Positions 28,444-37,737 of a stretch of 64,000 nt of DNA are shown one piece after another (within the stretch, counting starts at the first letter, position 1; every line of letters begins with the position of its first letter). The notes under the pieces were generated by a model. It searched no databases, had not been told where the DNA came from, and worked only from the letters and a program-made list of their open reading frames with translations. Source of the stretch: a virus; the IMG/VR virus record IMGVR_UViG_3300037797_000117, positions 32,001 through 96,000 of that record. One strand, 5' to 3'. The position numbers and the translations under genes are program-made.

Positions 28444-29430
28444 GTGACCGAGCAACCCGCTGCCGAGATCGACGCGATCGTGGGGGCCGACCGGAAACGA
28501 CGGCTGATCGAGGCCGCCGCGGACCGGTGGACGCTGTACGGCGAGTTCAGCAGCAATGCCCAGGCCCTGCGCTACGCCCAGCAGACATGGCCCGACGCGG
28601 CCATCCTGGTGGCCCGCGGCCAGGTGTGGCGCCGGAAAGGCCCGGCCCGCCGCGGCGACATCGGGGTCATCCTCGGCCGCGACGACGAGACCGTCACCAT
28701 CGAACAGGTTCTTCACGCCGAGCAGATGGTCGACGTCGGCGGTGGGCGGCGCCTCAACTACATGTGTTACCTGACGGACAGGTACGAGCTGATCGGCTGG
28801 CATCCCGACTTCGTCCCGGGCGGTGACAACCCGCAGCCGCCGGCGGCGTCGCTGGCCCCGCCGGAAGAGCAACCCACCGGCGGGGAGCCCCCGTTCGACC
28901 CGCGCGCCATGTTCGTCCTGGTGCAACGCGAAGCCGACCTGGACGCCTACATCAAGGCCCGCACCGCCGGCGGCGAAGCGGGTCACGGCCCGCACTGGAT
29001 GCCGATGACCCGGCCCTACTGGCGGTCCGGCACCACCGAATGCCCCGTCTGCTACTTCACCGCGATCGACGTGGTGGCGTTCATCAACGACCCGGTCAAC
29101 CTGGCCAACTACCGTGCCGGCTGGCCCGACTTCCTCGCCGCGTTCGAGCACAAGGACGCCCATTGGAACTACTTCAACGAGCTGTCGTGGGGCGGGTTCG
29201 ACACCGACCTTCAGGTTGCGGCCTACCTCGGGCAGTGGCTGTTCCAGGCCATCCGCGGCGACGTCGCCCGTGAACACGGCGGCACCGGCGCCGACTACGA
29301 CACCGGGTTCATGTGGGCCGGTGACATGGCAGACGTGGTCCTCGAAGCGTGCCCGTTCGCCGATCCACGCGTCGACCTGCCCGCAGACCATGCCCTTGCC
29401 CAATGCGACGGGCAGGAATCCCTGCTGTAA
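28444..29430 (+). CDS. Hypothetical protein (328 aa, probably two domains)
   Basis: Long ORF in the operon with RBS AAGGGGG. Confidence 0.65.
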   Translation: MTEQPAAEIDAIVGADRKRRLIEAAADRWTLYGEFSSNAQALRYAQQTWPDAAILVARGQVWRRKGPARRGDIGVILGRDDETVTIEQVLHAEQMVDVGGGRRLNYMCYLTDRYELIGWHPDFVPGGDNPQPPAASLAPPEEQPTGGEPPFDPRAMFVLVQREADLDAYIKARTAGGEAGHGPHWMPMTRPYWRSGTTECPVCYFTAIDVVAFINDPVNLANYRAGWPDFLAAFEHKDAHWNYFNELSWGGFDTDLQVAAYLGQWLFQAIRGDVAREHGGTGADYDTGFMWAGDMADVVLEACPFADPRVDLPADHALAQCDGQESLL

Positions 29431-29447
29431 CCCCGAAAGGAACGATC

Positions 29448-29891
29448 ATGCAGTTGCGTGTGTACGGCGAACCCGTCGACCCGCAGCCGTGGGCCGTCGG
29501 TGACACCGTCCGGCTCGACGACAGCCACGACTGGACCGTTCAGGCCGCCACCGACCACTTCCACGCCCTGACCCGCCCGGTGACCGACCGGGACCGCGAC
29601 GAGGTTTACGCCGAGTACGAGGCGCCCGACGACTGCGACGACGGCGACTGTGACCACTTCGGCTGCCACAGCGAACCGCCGGACCTGGAACGGGGGACCA
29701 CCTGGTACACCGTCGTCGACTGGCGGGGCGGGGTCCGCGGCCCCTGCAACCTGGTCGGGCAGAGCTGGGGCGACGGAACCTACAGCGAAGACCAGTGCGC
29801 CGCGATGCTGGCCGAGTTCGAGTCCGGCAAACGGGAGGTGTCGCACCGCAACCGGGTTCGGCTCGGCGTCGTCGCCGGGGTCGTGCAGTGA
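29448..29891 (+). CDS. Hypothetical protein
   Basis: RBS GAAAGGA; YTVVDWRGGVRGP motif. Confidence 0.65.
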   Translation: MQLRVYGEPVDPQPWAVGDTVRLDDSHDWTVQAATDHFHALTRPVTDRDRDEVYAEYEAPDDCDDGDCDHFGCHSEPPDLERGTTWYTVVDWRGGVRGPCNLVGQSWGDGTYSEDQCAAMLAEFESGKREVSHRNRVRLGVVAGVVQ

Positions 29892-30334
29892 CCGCCCCCG
29901 CTCTGACCGTCCCGGACCTGGCCGGGTTCGACACCTGCTACGGGGTGCGGATCTCCTGCATCGGCGACGACGGCGACATGGTCATGCTCGGCCATGTCGA
30001 CCGGCGCCGCGCGATCGCCGCCGTCCGTGCCTACCTGCGCAAGCTGTGGATGGTCCAGGCCGAAGTCGACGACCACCTGACCTGCCATCTCGGCCTGGAC
30101 CCGGGAGACGCCGAGCGGGCCGCCGAACGCGGCTTCGAGTTCGACGCCGGCATCCACCGGCATGCTGTCGTGGTCGAGCACTGCAACCGGTGGCCGGCCT
30201 GCCAGGAACCCGACGCCGACTGCGGCGAGCCAGACTCCTGTACCGGGCTCGGCGGCTACGACTGGTACCTCAAGGTCGACGACGTCACCCCCGACACCCC
30301 GGGCGCATTCCCCATCACCTACTGGTCCGAATAG
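29888..30334 (+). CDS. Hypothetical protein
   Basis: GTGA overlap; TPGAFPIT C-terminus. Confidence 0.6.
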   Translation: MTAPALTVPDLAGFDTCYGVRISCIGDDGDMVMLGHVDRRRAIAAVRAYLRKLWMVQAEVDDHLTCHLGLDPGDAERAAERGFEFDAGIHRHAVVVEHCNRWPACQEPDADCGEPDSCTGLGGYDWYLKVDDVTPDTPGAFPITYWSE

Positions 30335-30377
30335 CACCCCCGCACCACCCGTTTCCCCAACGGAAAGGCCCGAAACC

Positions 30378-30524
30378 ATGACCGACCCCAACCCGGCCGT
30401 CAGAGCGGTCGCCGACCTGATCGAGATGTCCATCGTCGACGCCGAAGATGCCGGCATGCCCCGCGACCAGTTCGACCGGCCGCTACGCGCGCACCTCGAC
30501 CGGCAGGAAGGCAGGAAGGCATGA
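30378..30524 (+). CDS. Small hypothetical protein
   Basis: RBS GAAAGG; ATGA overlap with the next gene. Confidence 0.5.
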   Translation: MTDPNPAVRAVADLIEMSIVDAEDAGMPRDQFDRPLRAHLDRQEGRKA

Positions 30525-30709
30525 ACCGCCACAACGACGAGTTCGACCCGGACGACGTGATCACGGTCGGCGGGCAGCCGGGCATCACCGTCGGCCAACT
30601 CGCCGAAATCGCGTTCGCCCAGGAGGACACCTACCGGCGGCAGATGCGCGACGCCGGGCTCGGGGTCCTACTGGCCGACGACGCAGTCGAAGGTGGAGAC
30701 CATGCCTGA
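30521..30709 (+). CDS. Small hypothetical protein
   Basis: Coupled operon gene. Confidence 0.55.
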   Translation: MNRHNDEFDPDDVITVGGQPGITVGQLAEIAFAQEDTYRRQMRDAGLGVLLADDAVEGGDHA

Positions 30710-31532
30710 ACCGGTCATGCTGACCCTGCGTACCCACCTGAACGACGAGGTCATGGTGCAGAAAGCCAAGGCCAAGCCGACGTTCAACCAGTCAACCGGC
30801 GACGGTGTGAGCTGGGCAGCCTGGACGTGGAACCCCATTACGGGCTGCCTGCACGGATGTAAATACTGCTACGCACGCGCGATTGCCGCCCGCTTCCCGA
30901 ACGCGTTCCCGGTCGGGTTCACGCCGATCTTCCGTGAGGACCGGCTGGACGCCCCGGCCAACACCAAGATCCCCGCCGCGCACCAAGGCGATCCGGATTG
31001 GGAGCGGGTGTTCGTCACGTCGATGGGCGACGGATACGGCCGGTGGGTTCCGCAGGAGTGGATCGACCGTATCCACGCGGCCGAGCGGGCCAGCCCGTGG
31101 TGGCAGTACATCCACCTGTCGAAGTTCCCCGACCGGTTCCCCGGGCTCGACTTCCCTCCGGGCGCGTGGGTCGGCACCAGCGTGGACGAGCAGAAGCGCG
31201 TCCGTATCGCCGAACGGGCCATGGCCGCCGTCACCGGCGTAAAGGTGAAGTGGCTGTCCCTGGAGCCGCTCAAGGAGCCTCTCGTCTTCGCCGATCTAAC
31301 GATGTTCGACTGGATTGTCATCGGTTCGCAGACCCGCACGATCCAACCCGGAGGTGTGGTCGAACCGGCGTTCGCGCCACCAGCCGAATGGGTACTGCGG
31401 ATTACCCACCAAGCCCGTGAAGCCAACATCCCCGTTCACTGGAAACCGAACCTCCGGTCCAACCCCGGTGTGGTCGGCAGTCTCGGTACCGAGTGGCACG
31501 ACCGGTACCCGAGCGGGGTGATCCGGCCATGA
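30702..31532 (+). CDS. DUF5131 (phage Gp37/Gp68, radical-SAM-like) protein
   Basis: TWNPITGCLHGCKYCYA, VFVTSMGD, WVGTSV, WLSLEPL, DWIVIG. Confidence 0.9.
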   Translation: MPEPVMLTLRTHLNDEVMVQKAKAKPTFNQSTGDGVSWAAWTWNPITGCLHGCKYCYARAIAARFPNAFPVGFTPIFREDRLDAPANTKIPAAHQGDPDWERVFVTSMGDGYGRWVPQEWIDRIHAAERASPWWQYIHLSKFPDRFPGLDFPPGAWVGTSVDEQKRVRIAERAMAAVTGVKVKWLSLEPLKEPLVFADLTMFDWIVIGSQTRTIQPGGVVEPAFAPPAEWVLRITHQAREANIPVHWKPNLRSNPGVVGSLGTEWHDRYPSGVIRP

Positions 31533-31972
31533 GCGCCGGCATGATCCCGATCAGCGCCGGGCACGTCCTGGTCATCACCGGCAGCAATGAGGACGGCTGC
31601 GACGAACGCCGCTACAGAATCGACCACTACGGCCCCGTCGACACGTGCGCCATGTGGGTGCCCTGCGACCGGGACCTTCCCTGCGCCGACGACGTTCAGT
31701 GGGCGCCGGACGGCAAGGTGTTCCACGGGGTCGAACACAGTTGGGGCGACGACGCGTGGGTCGTGCGCCCCAACGAGCCGACGTGTATCTACACCCGCCA
31801 GTTCGTCGCCGATGATCTCCCGGACGTGGCCGCCGACCTGGAGTACGACGGCGGCCCGCTGACGGCGGGCCGGTACCTGGTCGGACTGGTGTGGATGGGT
31901 GACGGCGAGTTCGACCTGAACATCCGGTCCCGCCTCGACGACACCGAACCGGCCCGGCCGGGGGTGGGGTGA
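31529..31972 (+). CDS. Hypothetical protein
   Basis: ATGA overlap. Confidence 0.55.
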   Translation: MSAGMIPISAGHVLVITGSNEDGCDERRYRIDHYGPVDTCAMWVPCDRDLPCADDVQWAPDGKVFHGVEHSWGDDAWVVRPNEPTCIYTRQFVADDLPDVAADLEYDGGPLTAGRYLVGLVWMGDGEFDLNIRSRLDDTEPARPGVG

Positions 31973-32352
31973 TGCCGGTCAGGGCCGCGAGCTGTTTCGA
32001 GGTGGTCTGCGACAACGCCGACACGGTGCCGTCGTGTGACGGAGGCTGGGACGACGGGCCGATCCACTTCCCCACCGAACAGGACGCCGTCGACTACGCC
32101 CGCACGGCCGGGTTCGTCATCGTCGGAACTACGGTCCTGTGCGCCGAGTGTTCCGCCACCCGTGACTGCGAACGCCTCGGCCACCAGTGGGACACCTGGA
32201 CCGACGGCGAGCACCTCGGTGTCACCTTCAAGAAGCGGCACTGTGACCACTGCGGGATCGGCGACTTCAGCGAAGAATTCCAGCAGGCGGTCCTGCTGGC
32301 CGAGGTCCGGGACATCGTCAACAATGCCGACCAGGCCGGCCACGATGCCTAG
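31969..32352 (+). CDS. Cys-rich hypothetical protein
   Basis: CxxC pairs; coupled gene. Confidence 0.6.
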   Translation: MMPVRAASCFEVVCDNADTVPSCDGGWDDGPIHFPTEQDAVDYARTAGFVIVGTTVLCAECSATRDCERLGHQWDTWTDGEHLGVTFKKRHCDHCGIGDFSEEFQQAVLLAEVRDIVNNADQAGHDA

Positions 32353-32731
32353 CCGGGTCCGGGTCGACGGGGACCTGTTCCACGGCCGGGTCCCCGACGG
32401 CGCGATCTACGTGGGGCGGGCCGCGCCCGGTTTGCGGACCTCGCCGTGGGCCAACCCGTTCAAGGTCGGCAGGCCGGTCGGGCCGACCGTACGGCTCGCC
32501 GGCGGTGTCTGGACGGTGGCCCCCTCGATCGCGGGAAGTACCCCCGCCGGCACAGCCGAGGTGATCACCTGGTACTCGTGGGCCATCACCACGTTCGACC
32601 TGACCGGGCGGGTGGCGTCCGAGCTCGCCGGCCGGGACCTGGCCTGCTGGTGCCGCGAAACGCAGCCCTGCCACGGCGACGTCCTGATGACATTCGCCAA
32701 CCCGGGATGGGTGCCGCCGTGGATGCCCTGA
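32345..32731 (+). CDS. DUF4326 family protein
   Basis: IYVGR...SPWANPFKVG...ELAGRDLACWC...PCHGDVL. Confidence 0.9.
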   Translation: MPSRVRVDGDLFHGRVPDGAIYVGRAAPGLRTSPWANPFKVGRPVGPTVRLAGGVWTVAPSIAGSTPAGTAEVITWYSWAITTFDLTGRVASELAGRDLACWCRETQPCHGDVLMTFANPGWVPPWMP

Positions 32732-32754
32732 ACAACCTCAGGCTCCCGTACGAC

Positions 32755-32795
32755 GACGAAGGCGCCGACCGCATGATGCGGTCGGCGCCTTCGTC
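32755..32795. terminator. Bidirectional terminator hairpin
   Basis: GACGAAGGCGCCGACCGCAT-g-ATGCGGTCGGCGCCTTCGTC. Confidence 0.8.
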
Positions 32796-32804
32796 TGTCT
32801 GGAC

Positions 32805-33185
32805 CTACCGGTCGGCTTCCCGGGCCTTGCGGTCCTCCGCGATCGCCAACGCCTCCTCGGCCATGATCAGCGCCTCTTCGGGCGTTGCCATGACCCAGTC
32901 GACGTTGGGGCAGGCCGCCTCCCAAGCGTTGACCCGGTCCAGGGCGGCGTCGCGGAACGTGTCGTAGTCGAAGACGCAGGCCGGCGGGCTGGACGTGTCC
33001 GCGTCGGCGCCTTCCCACACCACGATCCGCCAGTGGTGGTAGGCGACGTTCTGGTTGTTGGCGGCCCATTCGGCTACGTCCCGCGCGGTGCCCGGGTCGT
33101 CGACCGTTTCGGAGGGGCCGGCGGCCTGCCAGACGGTGGCGTTGTGGTCGCCAGACACTTCAAGCTGAACGGTGTAGGCCGTCAT
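32805..33185 (-). CDS. Hypothetical protein ending in a copy of a TraB segment
   Basis: C-terminal PNVDWVMATPEEALIMAEEALAIAEDRK matches TraB PGVDWVASTPEEALIMAEVALAIAKDRK. Confidence 0.7.
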   Translation of the reverse strand: MTAYTVQLEVSGDHNATVWQAAGPSETVDDPGTARDVAEWAANNQNVAYHHWRIVVWEGADADTSSPPACVFDYDTFRDAALDRVNAWEAACPNVDWVMATPEEALIMAEEALAIAEDRKAREADR

Positions 33186-33424
33186 GAGGGGTTCCTCTCG
33201 GTGGAGGCCGGGCCGGCGGGCGGGAACAGCGGTGGGCGGGCGTCGTCGCACGCTACGTCGGCCGAGTGGTGGCCGCTGCACCAGTTGCGTGTGCCGGCCG
33301 GCAGGAAATCCGTCACCGGGGCGTACGGGCGACCTTCGCGGCCCTCGGTGTGTGCCTGCACCAGCAGGTCGTGTTGACGGGTGGCGGCATCCCACTGCCG
33401 GGCGGTGCGGGAACGCTTCGTCAC
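33182..33424 (-). CDS. Hypothetical protein
   Basis: Coupled in the leftward operon. Confidence 0.5.
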   Translation of the reverse strand: MTKRSRTARQWDAATRQHDLLVQAHTEGREGRPYAPVTDFLPAGTRNWCSGHHSADVACDDARPPLFPPAGPASTERNPS

Positions 33425-33425
33425 G

Positions 33426-34142
33426 TTAGGACTGCCTCTGCGCGGAGGCCCGGCCGGCGGCGTACGCCTGGCGGGCGATCTCGCGGTAGGTGTCGGTGCG
33501 GTGGTGACCTTCGCGGGCGTCGTCGAGGGAAACGTCCAGGCCGTCCTCGTCGATGGCGTGCTGGGTGTACGCGTCGAGCAGGGCGGCCGGGATTTCACTG
33601 GCGAGGTCGGGGGTGCTCGGCCTGTACACGTCGATGCGGGCCAGCATGTGGTACTTCAGGTGAAGCGCCGCCCCGGCGACGACACCGGGGGTGCAGCGGC
33701 AACCGCCGCCGTCGCCGCAGGCGTGGATGTTGTACGCGGCACCTTGGACGGCGCTGAAGAACTGTCCATCGACCAGCAGGCTGCCGTCGCGGGCACGGAC
33801 ATCAGCGATACAGAGAGTTTCGAGGACGTCGATCGCGATGCGTAGGTCGACTTCGGCGATCTTCGCGTTGAGCCGGTCGTACAGGTTGTCGATCTCCGAG
33901 ACAATGCCGCGCTCGATCCACCGGTCGTCGCCGAGGGCTGCCTCGTCGGCGACGAGCTTGGCCAGGACTGGGTCGGTGGCGTTGGCGAGGTCCCTGTCGA
34001 CGAAGAGGCGGGTGCGGCCGGGGAAGGACTGGTCGAAGCCTTCGTCGTAGTCAGGGAAGATCAGCATGGTGTACCGGTCGGTGTGGACCTTGTAGGTGCC
34101 GTTGAGGTCGGGGCCGGTCGTGGCGATGAGCGTGGCGGTCAT
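33426..34142 (-). CDS. Hypothetical protein
   Basis: RBS GGGAG; HACGDGGGCRCTPG motif. Confidence 0.65.
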   Translation of the reverse strand: MTATLIATTGPDLNGTYKVHTDRYTMLIFPDYDEGFDQSFPGRTRLFVDRDLANATDPVLAKLVADEAALGDDRWIERGIVSEIDNLYDRLNAKIAEVDLRIAIDVLETLCIADVRARDGSLLVDGQFFSAVQGAAYNIHACGDGGGCRCTPGVVAGAALHLKYHMLARIDVYRPSTPDLASEIPAALLDAYTQHAIDEDGLDVSLDDAREGHHRTDTYREIARQAYAAGRASAQRQS

Positions 34143-34177
34143 CCGGGTCTCCCTGGGGCTGTCGAGTTCGTCACCTC

Positions 34178-34207
34178 ATGGTACGCCGTTCCCCGGGTAC
34201 GGAGCAA
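34178..34207 (-). promoter_or_regulatory. Regulon promoter/operator copy 7 (leftward)
   Basis: Reverse strand TTGCTC-cgtacccggggaacggcg-TACCAT. Confidence 0.8.
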
Positions 34208-34240
34208 CACGACGGTTTGGCGCCATCTGAACATCTAGCG

Positions 34241-34269
34241 TTGTGCCGTACCCCGGAAAGGGGTACCGT
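34241..34269 (+). promoter_or_regulatory. Regulon promoter/operator copy 8
   Basis: TTGTGC-cgtaccccggaaagggg-TACCGT. Confidence 0.8.
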
Positions 34270-34279
34270 CGAGGGAACA

Positions 34280-34470
34280 GCCAGGATGGTCGGAACCCCC
34301 GAGATCCCGCAAGGCGGACAGGCCGACCCAACACCACCGGATCGGCCTGTCCTGGTCTCCAACAACCCCCCGCGGATCGTCTGCCGCCCGAGCCCGCTAC
34401 CGACAGGCTCGCGCGAAACGCGAAACGACGCGCTCAGGTGAGGAGACGTTTCGACCCCGTCCATCCTGGC
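34280..34470 (+). ncRNA. Candidate multibranch structured RNA or leader
   Basis: Closing stem GCCAGGATGG/CCATCCTGGC plus several internal helices, directly after promoter 8. Confidence 0.55.
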
Positions 34471-34499
34471 CCGACCGCCACTAGACCTGAAGGGTTCCC

Positions 34500-34991
34500 A
34501 TGACTGATGACGTATCCACCCATTCCGGCACCCTCGACCGCGACCGCCTCGTCACCGCGTACCGGGAGCTGCGCCGCATCGTCGACGTAGACCCGCTTAT
34601 CCCGGCGTTCCCTTCCTCCGTCCAGGTGTTCCAGGTCCTCTGCGACACACCCGGCTGGGACGAGCAGACCGCCCGCATGTACAGCATTGCCGCCCGATGC
34701 TGTTACCAGGACGGGGTCGACCCGGTCACCGGCCGGCCGCTGGCCGGGGAGGCAGCTATCCACCCGGTCCGGGTTGCTGAGGCCCGCAACCTGGTGTACT
34801 CGGTGCTTGCCGGCCTGGACCCGGCGGCGGCGTCCGCCGCGGCGGCGCGGGTGGTGAGCCTGCTCGCCGACGCCGGGTGGCGTCCCAGCGAAGTGCCGAC
34901 CGACCCGGCTGCGCACGCGACCGCGGTGGCGCGCGTTGTGAGCATGCTCCGCGGCGAGCCTCCGATCGAGGGGAATCAGCCGGCCCGTTAG
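34500..34991 (+). CDS. Hypothetical protein
   Basis: ORF downstream of the structured leader. Confidence 0.6.
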   Translation: MTDDVSTHSGTLDRDRLVTAYRELRRIVDVDPLIPAFPSSVQVFQVLCDTPGWDEQTARMYSIAARCCYQDGVDPVTGRPLAGEAAIHPVRVAEARNLVYSVLAGLDPAAASAAAARVVSLLADAGWRPSEVPTDPAAHATAVARVVSMLRGEPPIEGNQPAR

Positions 34992-35061
34992 GAGATCCCC
35001 GTGCCGGCGGGGCCGGTGCCTAGCTGTTCTGCACGGACCACATCTACGAGGAGGAAACAGA

Positions 35062-35784
35062 ATGATCAACCGTGTCCGCGGCGCTGTCGCCGTGGCGAAA
35101 GGCCGATGGCAGTGGCGCAAGGCTCGCAGCCTCGCCGACCTGGCCAACCTGCGAGCCGACCAGATCGCCCGCAACCTGCCCGGCGTGGGACGCCGGCCAC
35201 GGACTGCCTACCTGAACGGGGACGGCACGGTGCGGCTCGGCCCACCGGCGACCGCTGTCGAGCAGTCCACGAAGACCATGTACTCGGCGCTGGTCGCGCT
35301 CGGCCGGACCGGTGTGGTCGTCCACGACTGGCACCCGGGAACGTTCACCGAGGCCACCGGCGAGCACCCGGCCATGGCGACCAGGGCCTGCGTGGCCGGG
35401 TTCGCCGACGACGAAACGAAGGACTGGCTCGACAGCCTGCTGTACTACGCCGGCAAGGAGCCGGGCGCCACCGGCTACGAACTCGGATCCGTCCTCGACC
35501 TGTGGGCCCCCGGTCAAGAAGATTACGAACGGTGGGACGGGGTCGACGCCCACCGCTCCCGCGGTCACTGGGTCGAGCGCATCGACGACACCCCGACGGT
35601 CCGCATCGGCGACCAGATGACCGCCCGCGAGGTGTACCGGGCGTTCCCCACCCGCGGGCGTGTGCAGCGGGAGTTGCGGAAGGCGTGGCTGATCACGATC
35701 GTCGCACCGACGTGGGGCGACAACACGATGTTCGCCGACCTGCTCCCGCTGTTGGCCGGGGCCCGGCGCCCGGCTGAGGTCTAG
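35062..35784 (+). CDS. DUF6919-like protein (paralog of 39606-40283)
   Basis: WRKARSLADL, RACVAGFAD, AWLITIVAPTWGDN. Confidence 0.6.
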   Translation: MINRVRGAVAVAKGRWQWRKARSLADLANLRADQIARNLPGVGRRPRTAYLNGDGTVRLGPPATAVEQSTKTMYSALVALGRTGVVVHDWHPGTFTEATGEHPAMATRACVAGFADDETKDWLDSLLYYAGKEPGATGYELGSVLDLWAPGQEDYERWDGVDAHRSRGHWVERIDDTPTVRIGDQMTAREVYRAFPTRGRVQRELRKAWLITIVAPTWGDNTMFADLLPLLAGARRPAEV

Positions 35785-35862
35785 CGCCCGGTTTCGGTCC
35801 AGGAAGCGCCGGGCCCGACCCCCTGGGGACGTTGGGCCCGGCGCTTTCTTATGGTCCACATG

Positions 35863-35892
35863 TTGCGCCGTTCCCGGGGTACGCGTTACGGT
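35863..35892 (+). promoter_or_regulatory. Regulon promoter/operator copy 9
   Basis: TTGCGC-cgttcccggggtacgcgt-TACGGT, preceded by a terminator hairpin at about 35803-35847. Confidence 0.8.
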
Positions 35893-35930
35893 TGCTGTAT
35901 TCCCCGAACGGCCAATGCCAGGAGTTCACC

Positions 35931-36338
35931 ATGACCTCCCAGACGAAGACCCCCCGACGGGTGGGGTTCCTCCACGACCCCACCGGCGAACACCACGACG
36001 GCATGCCCACCTACCCGTGGGGCCTTGAACCCGGCGAAGACGGAGCCCCACCGGCCAACCTCGCCACCCGCCGCCAACTCGCCAAGATGGGCCTACGCCC
36101 CAACGGCCAGGAACACGTCGCCGAAATCCGCAAACTCGCCTACGGCTGGCTCGTAGCCAAGCTCTACCCGATCGCCGGGGCCGCACCGAAACGGCCCATG
36201 ACCGACGCCATGTGGCGGGCCGTCAACACCGCCGCCCGCTCCCGGTACCGGTGCAACACCTGCCCCCGCACCGACCTGGACTACATCCCGAAGCAAACCT
36301 CCCCGGTCTGGGGACGCTGCCACCACTGCTACCCCTGA
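35931..36338 (+). CDS. RRQRL-motif zinc-binding protein (typical of actinomycete plasmids/AICEs)
   Basis: PTYPW...LATRRQLAKMGLRPNGQ...AKLY...PKRPMT...RCNTC...RCHHC. Confidence 0.8.
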   Translation: MTSQTKTPRRVGFLHDPTGEHHDGMPTYPWGLEPGEDGAPPANLATRRQLAKMGLRPNGQEHVAEIRKLAYGWLVAKLYPIAGAAPKRPMTDAMWRAVNTAARSRYRCNTCPRTDLDYIPKQTSPVWGRCHHCYP

Positions 36339-36349
36339 GGAGACCCGCC

Positions 36350-36841
36350 GTGTCCGACGCCCACCAGTTCGCCACCGTCGCCACGATCATCGCCGCCCTG
36401 ACCCTGGGCGCCGCGGCCACCCTGATCGCCCTGTTGGCCAGCTACCGCAAGCTGCGCACGATGATGCTGCTGGCCAGCCTCGTCGACCGGTACGCCGTCA
36501 GCCTCGTCGACCGGGACGCCCCCGACCGGGCCAAGTCCACGATCTACGTCTATCGGCAGTACCTCCACGCCGCTGGCTTCGACCCGGAGCCGGACACCCG
36601 GTGGGTGGTCGTCGGCCCCGACGGCAAGGCCCTGTCCAAGCGCGACGGGTGGGTCGACTACGACCTGGCCGACCGGAAACGCCGCGACGACATTCAGCAC
36701 CCCGATCTGCACGCCGCACTCACGGTGGCCCGCGGCGCCGCCCTGGCCTTCGGCTACCACATGCCCAGCTACGACATGCTGCGCCGGCTGTCCCGCCTGG
36801 CGTCCGTCCAGTTCGGCCCCCGCCGTAGGGGTGATCTGTGA
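36350..36841 (+). CDS. Membrane-anchored hypothetical protein
   Basis: RBS GAGGAG; N-terminal TM helix. Confidence 0.6.
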   Translation: MSDAHQFATVATIIAALTLGAAATLIALLASYRKLRTMMLLASLVDRYAVSLVDRDAPDRAKSTIYVYRQYLHAAGFDPEPDTRWVVVGPDGKALSKRDGWVDYDLADRKRRDDIQHPDLHAALTVARGAALAFGYHMPSYDMLRRLSRLASVQFGPRRRGDL

Positions 36842-37239
36842 TGGACAACCCCGCAACCCGGTTCGGCCCGGTCGCGGAGCGCGAGTTCGACTCGGCGAAG
36901 GACTGCCACAAGCCGGCCCTCACAGCATGGCTGGAAGCCCTGCCCACCCTGTCCGACGACGACTTCTTCGCCGCCACCGCGTCCGCCATCCACGGCTCTG
37001 CCCTAGCCAACTCGTTCCGGGGCAACTGGAACCACGAATACTGCAAGGCGTCCGCCGCCCACGACGAGGCCGAACGCCGCCACCGCGCCGCCGGGCACAG
37101 CGACAACTGCAACGGCGACAGCATTTACTCGAAGGCGTTCGCGCAGGTGTGGCGGGCCCAGGGCCACAGCCGGTCTGCGTACCCGCATCGGCCGTGCAAC
37201 TGCGGCGCCAACGCCACGCCCGGGCGGGGGGCCACCTGA
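36838..37239 (+). CDS. Hypothetical protein
   Basis: Coupled gene. Confidence 0.6.
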   Translation: MMDNPATRFGPVAEREFDSAKDCHKPALTAWLEALPTLSDDDFFAATASAIHGSALANSFRGNWNHEYCKASAAHDEAERRHRAAGHSDNCNGDSIYSKAFAQVWRAQGHSRSAYPHRPCNCGANATPGRGAT

Positions 37240-37667
37240 TGGGCGCCATGTTCTGGATCATCCGCCGGGTGTGGCTCCCCCTGGTGGTGCAGGCCCTGTG
37301 GTGGGGCGGCCGACAGATCGACTGGCCGCGCCCGATGCAGCTCCTGTTCTGCGTCCTGGCCATGGTCGCCTTGGCCGTGGTCGGTCAGTTCATGGTCTAT
37401 TCGACCCGCAACCTGGGTGACGAGGCCCGCTGGATAGAGATCGTCCTGCTCGTCATCGGGTGGGTCAGTGTGCTGGCCATCGTCGTTCTGTTCGCGGTGC
37501 GGATCCCGCTGGTCGGCATCGTGGGGGGCGGGTTCCTCATTTACGCGGCGTTGGATGCGTTCCGGGAGTACCGGGACGCGTTTATCCGGAAGATCCGGGT
37601 CGAGCATGTGGCGCTGCGTCCGGGGGATCCGAACTACCGGCCGGCGGTGGTGCGCCGCCGAAAATAG
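37239..37667 (+). CDS. Membrane protein
   Basis: Three to four hydrophobic helices. Confidence 0.6.
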   Translation: MGAMFWIIRRVWLPLVVQALWWGGRQIDWPRPMQLLFCVLAMVALAVVGQFMVYSTRNLGDEARWIEIVLLVIGWVSVLAIVVLFAVRIPLVGIVGGGFLIYAALDAFREYRDAFIRKIRVEHVALRPGDPNYRPAVVRRRK

Positions 37668-37675
37668 CACACATA

Positions 37676-37704
37676 TTGTGTCGAACCCGGGGTACGGATA
37701 GGAT
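37676..37704 (+). promoter_or_regulatory. Regulon promoter/operator copy 10
   Basis: TTGTGT-cgaacccggggtacgga-TAGGAT. Confidence 0.85.
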
Positions 37705-37737
37705 GGGTGTGTTGACCCACGTCGAGGAGGCCGCCAT

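Noticed and set aside
34280-34470. Hammerhead ribozyme or tRNA
   Set aside because: No CUGANGA core and no T-loop or anticodon cloverleaf; no tRNA was seen anywhere in the window
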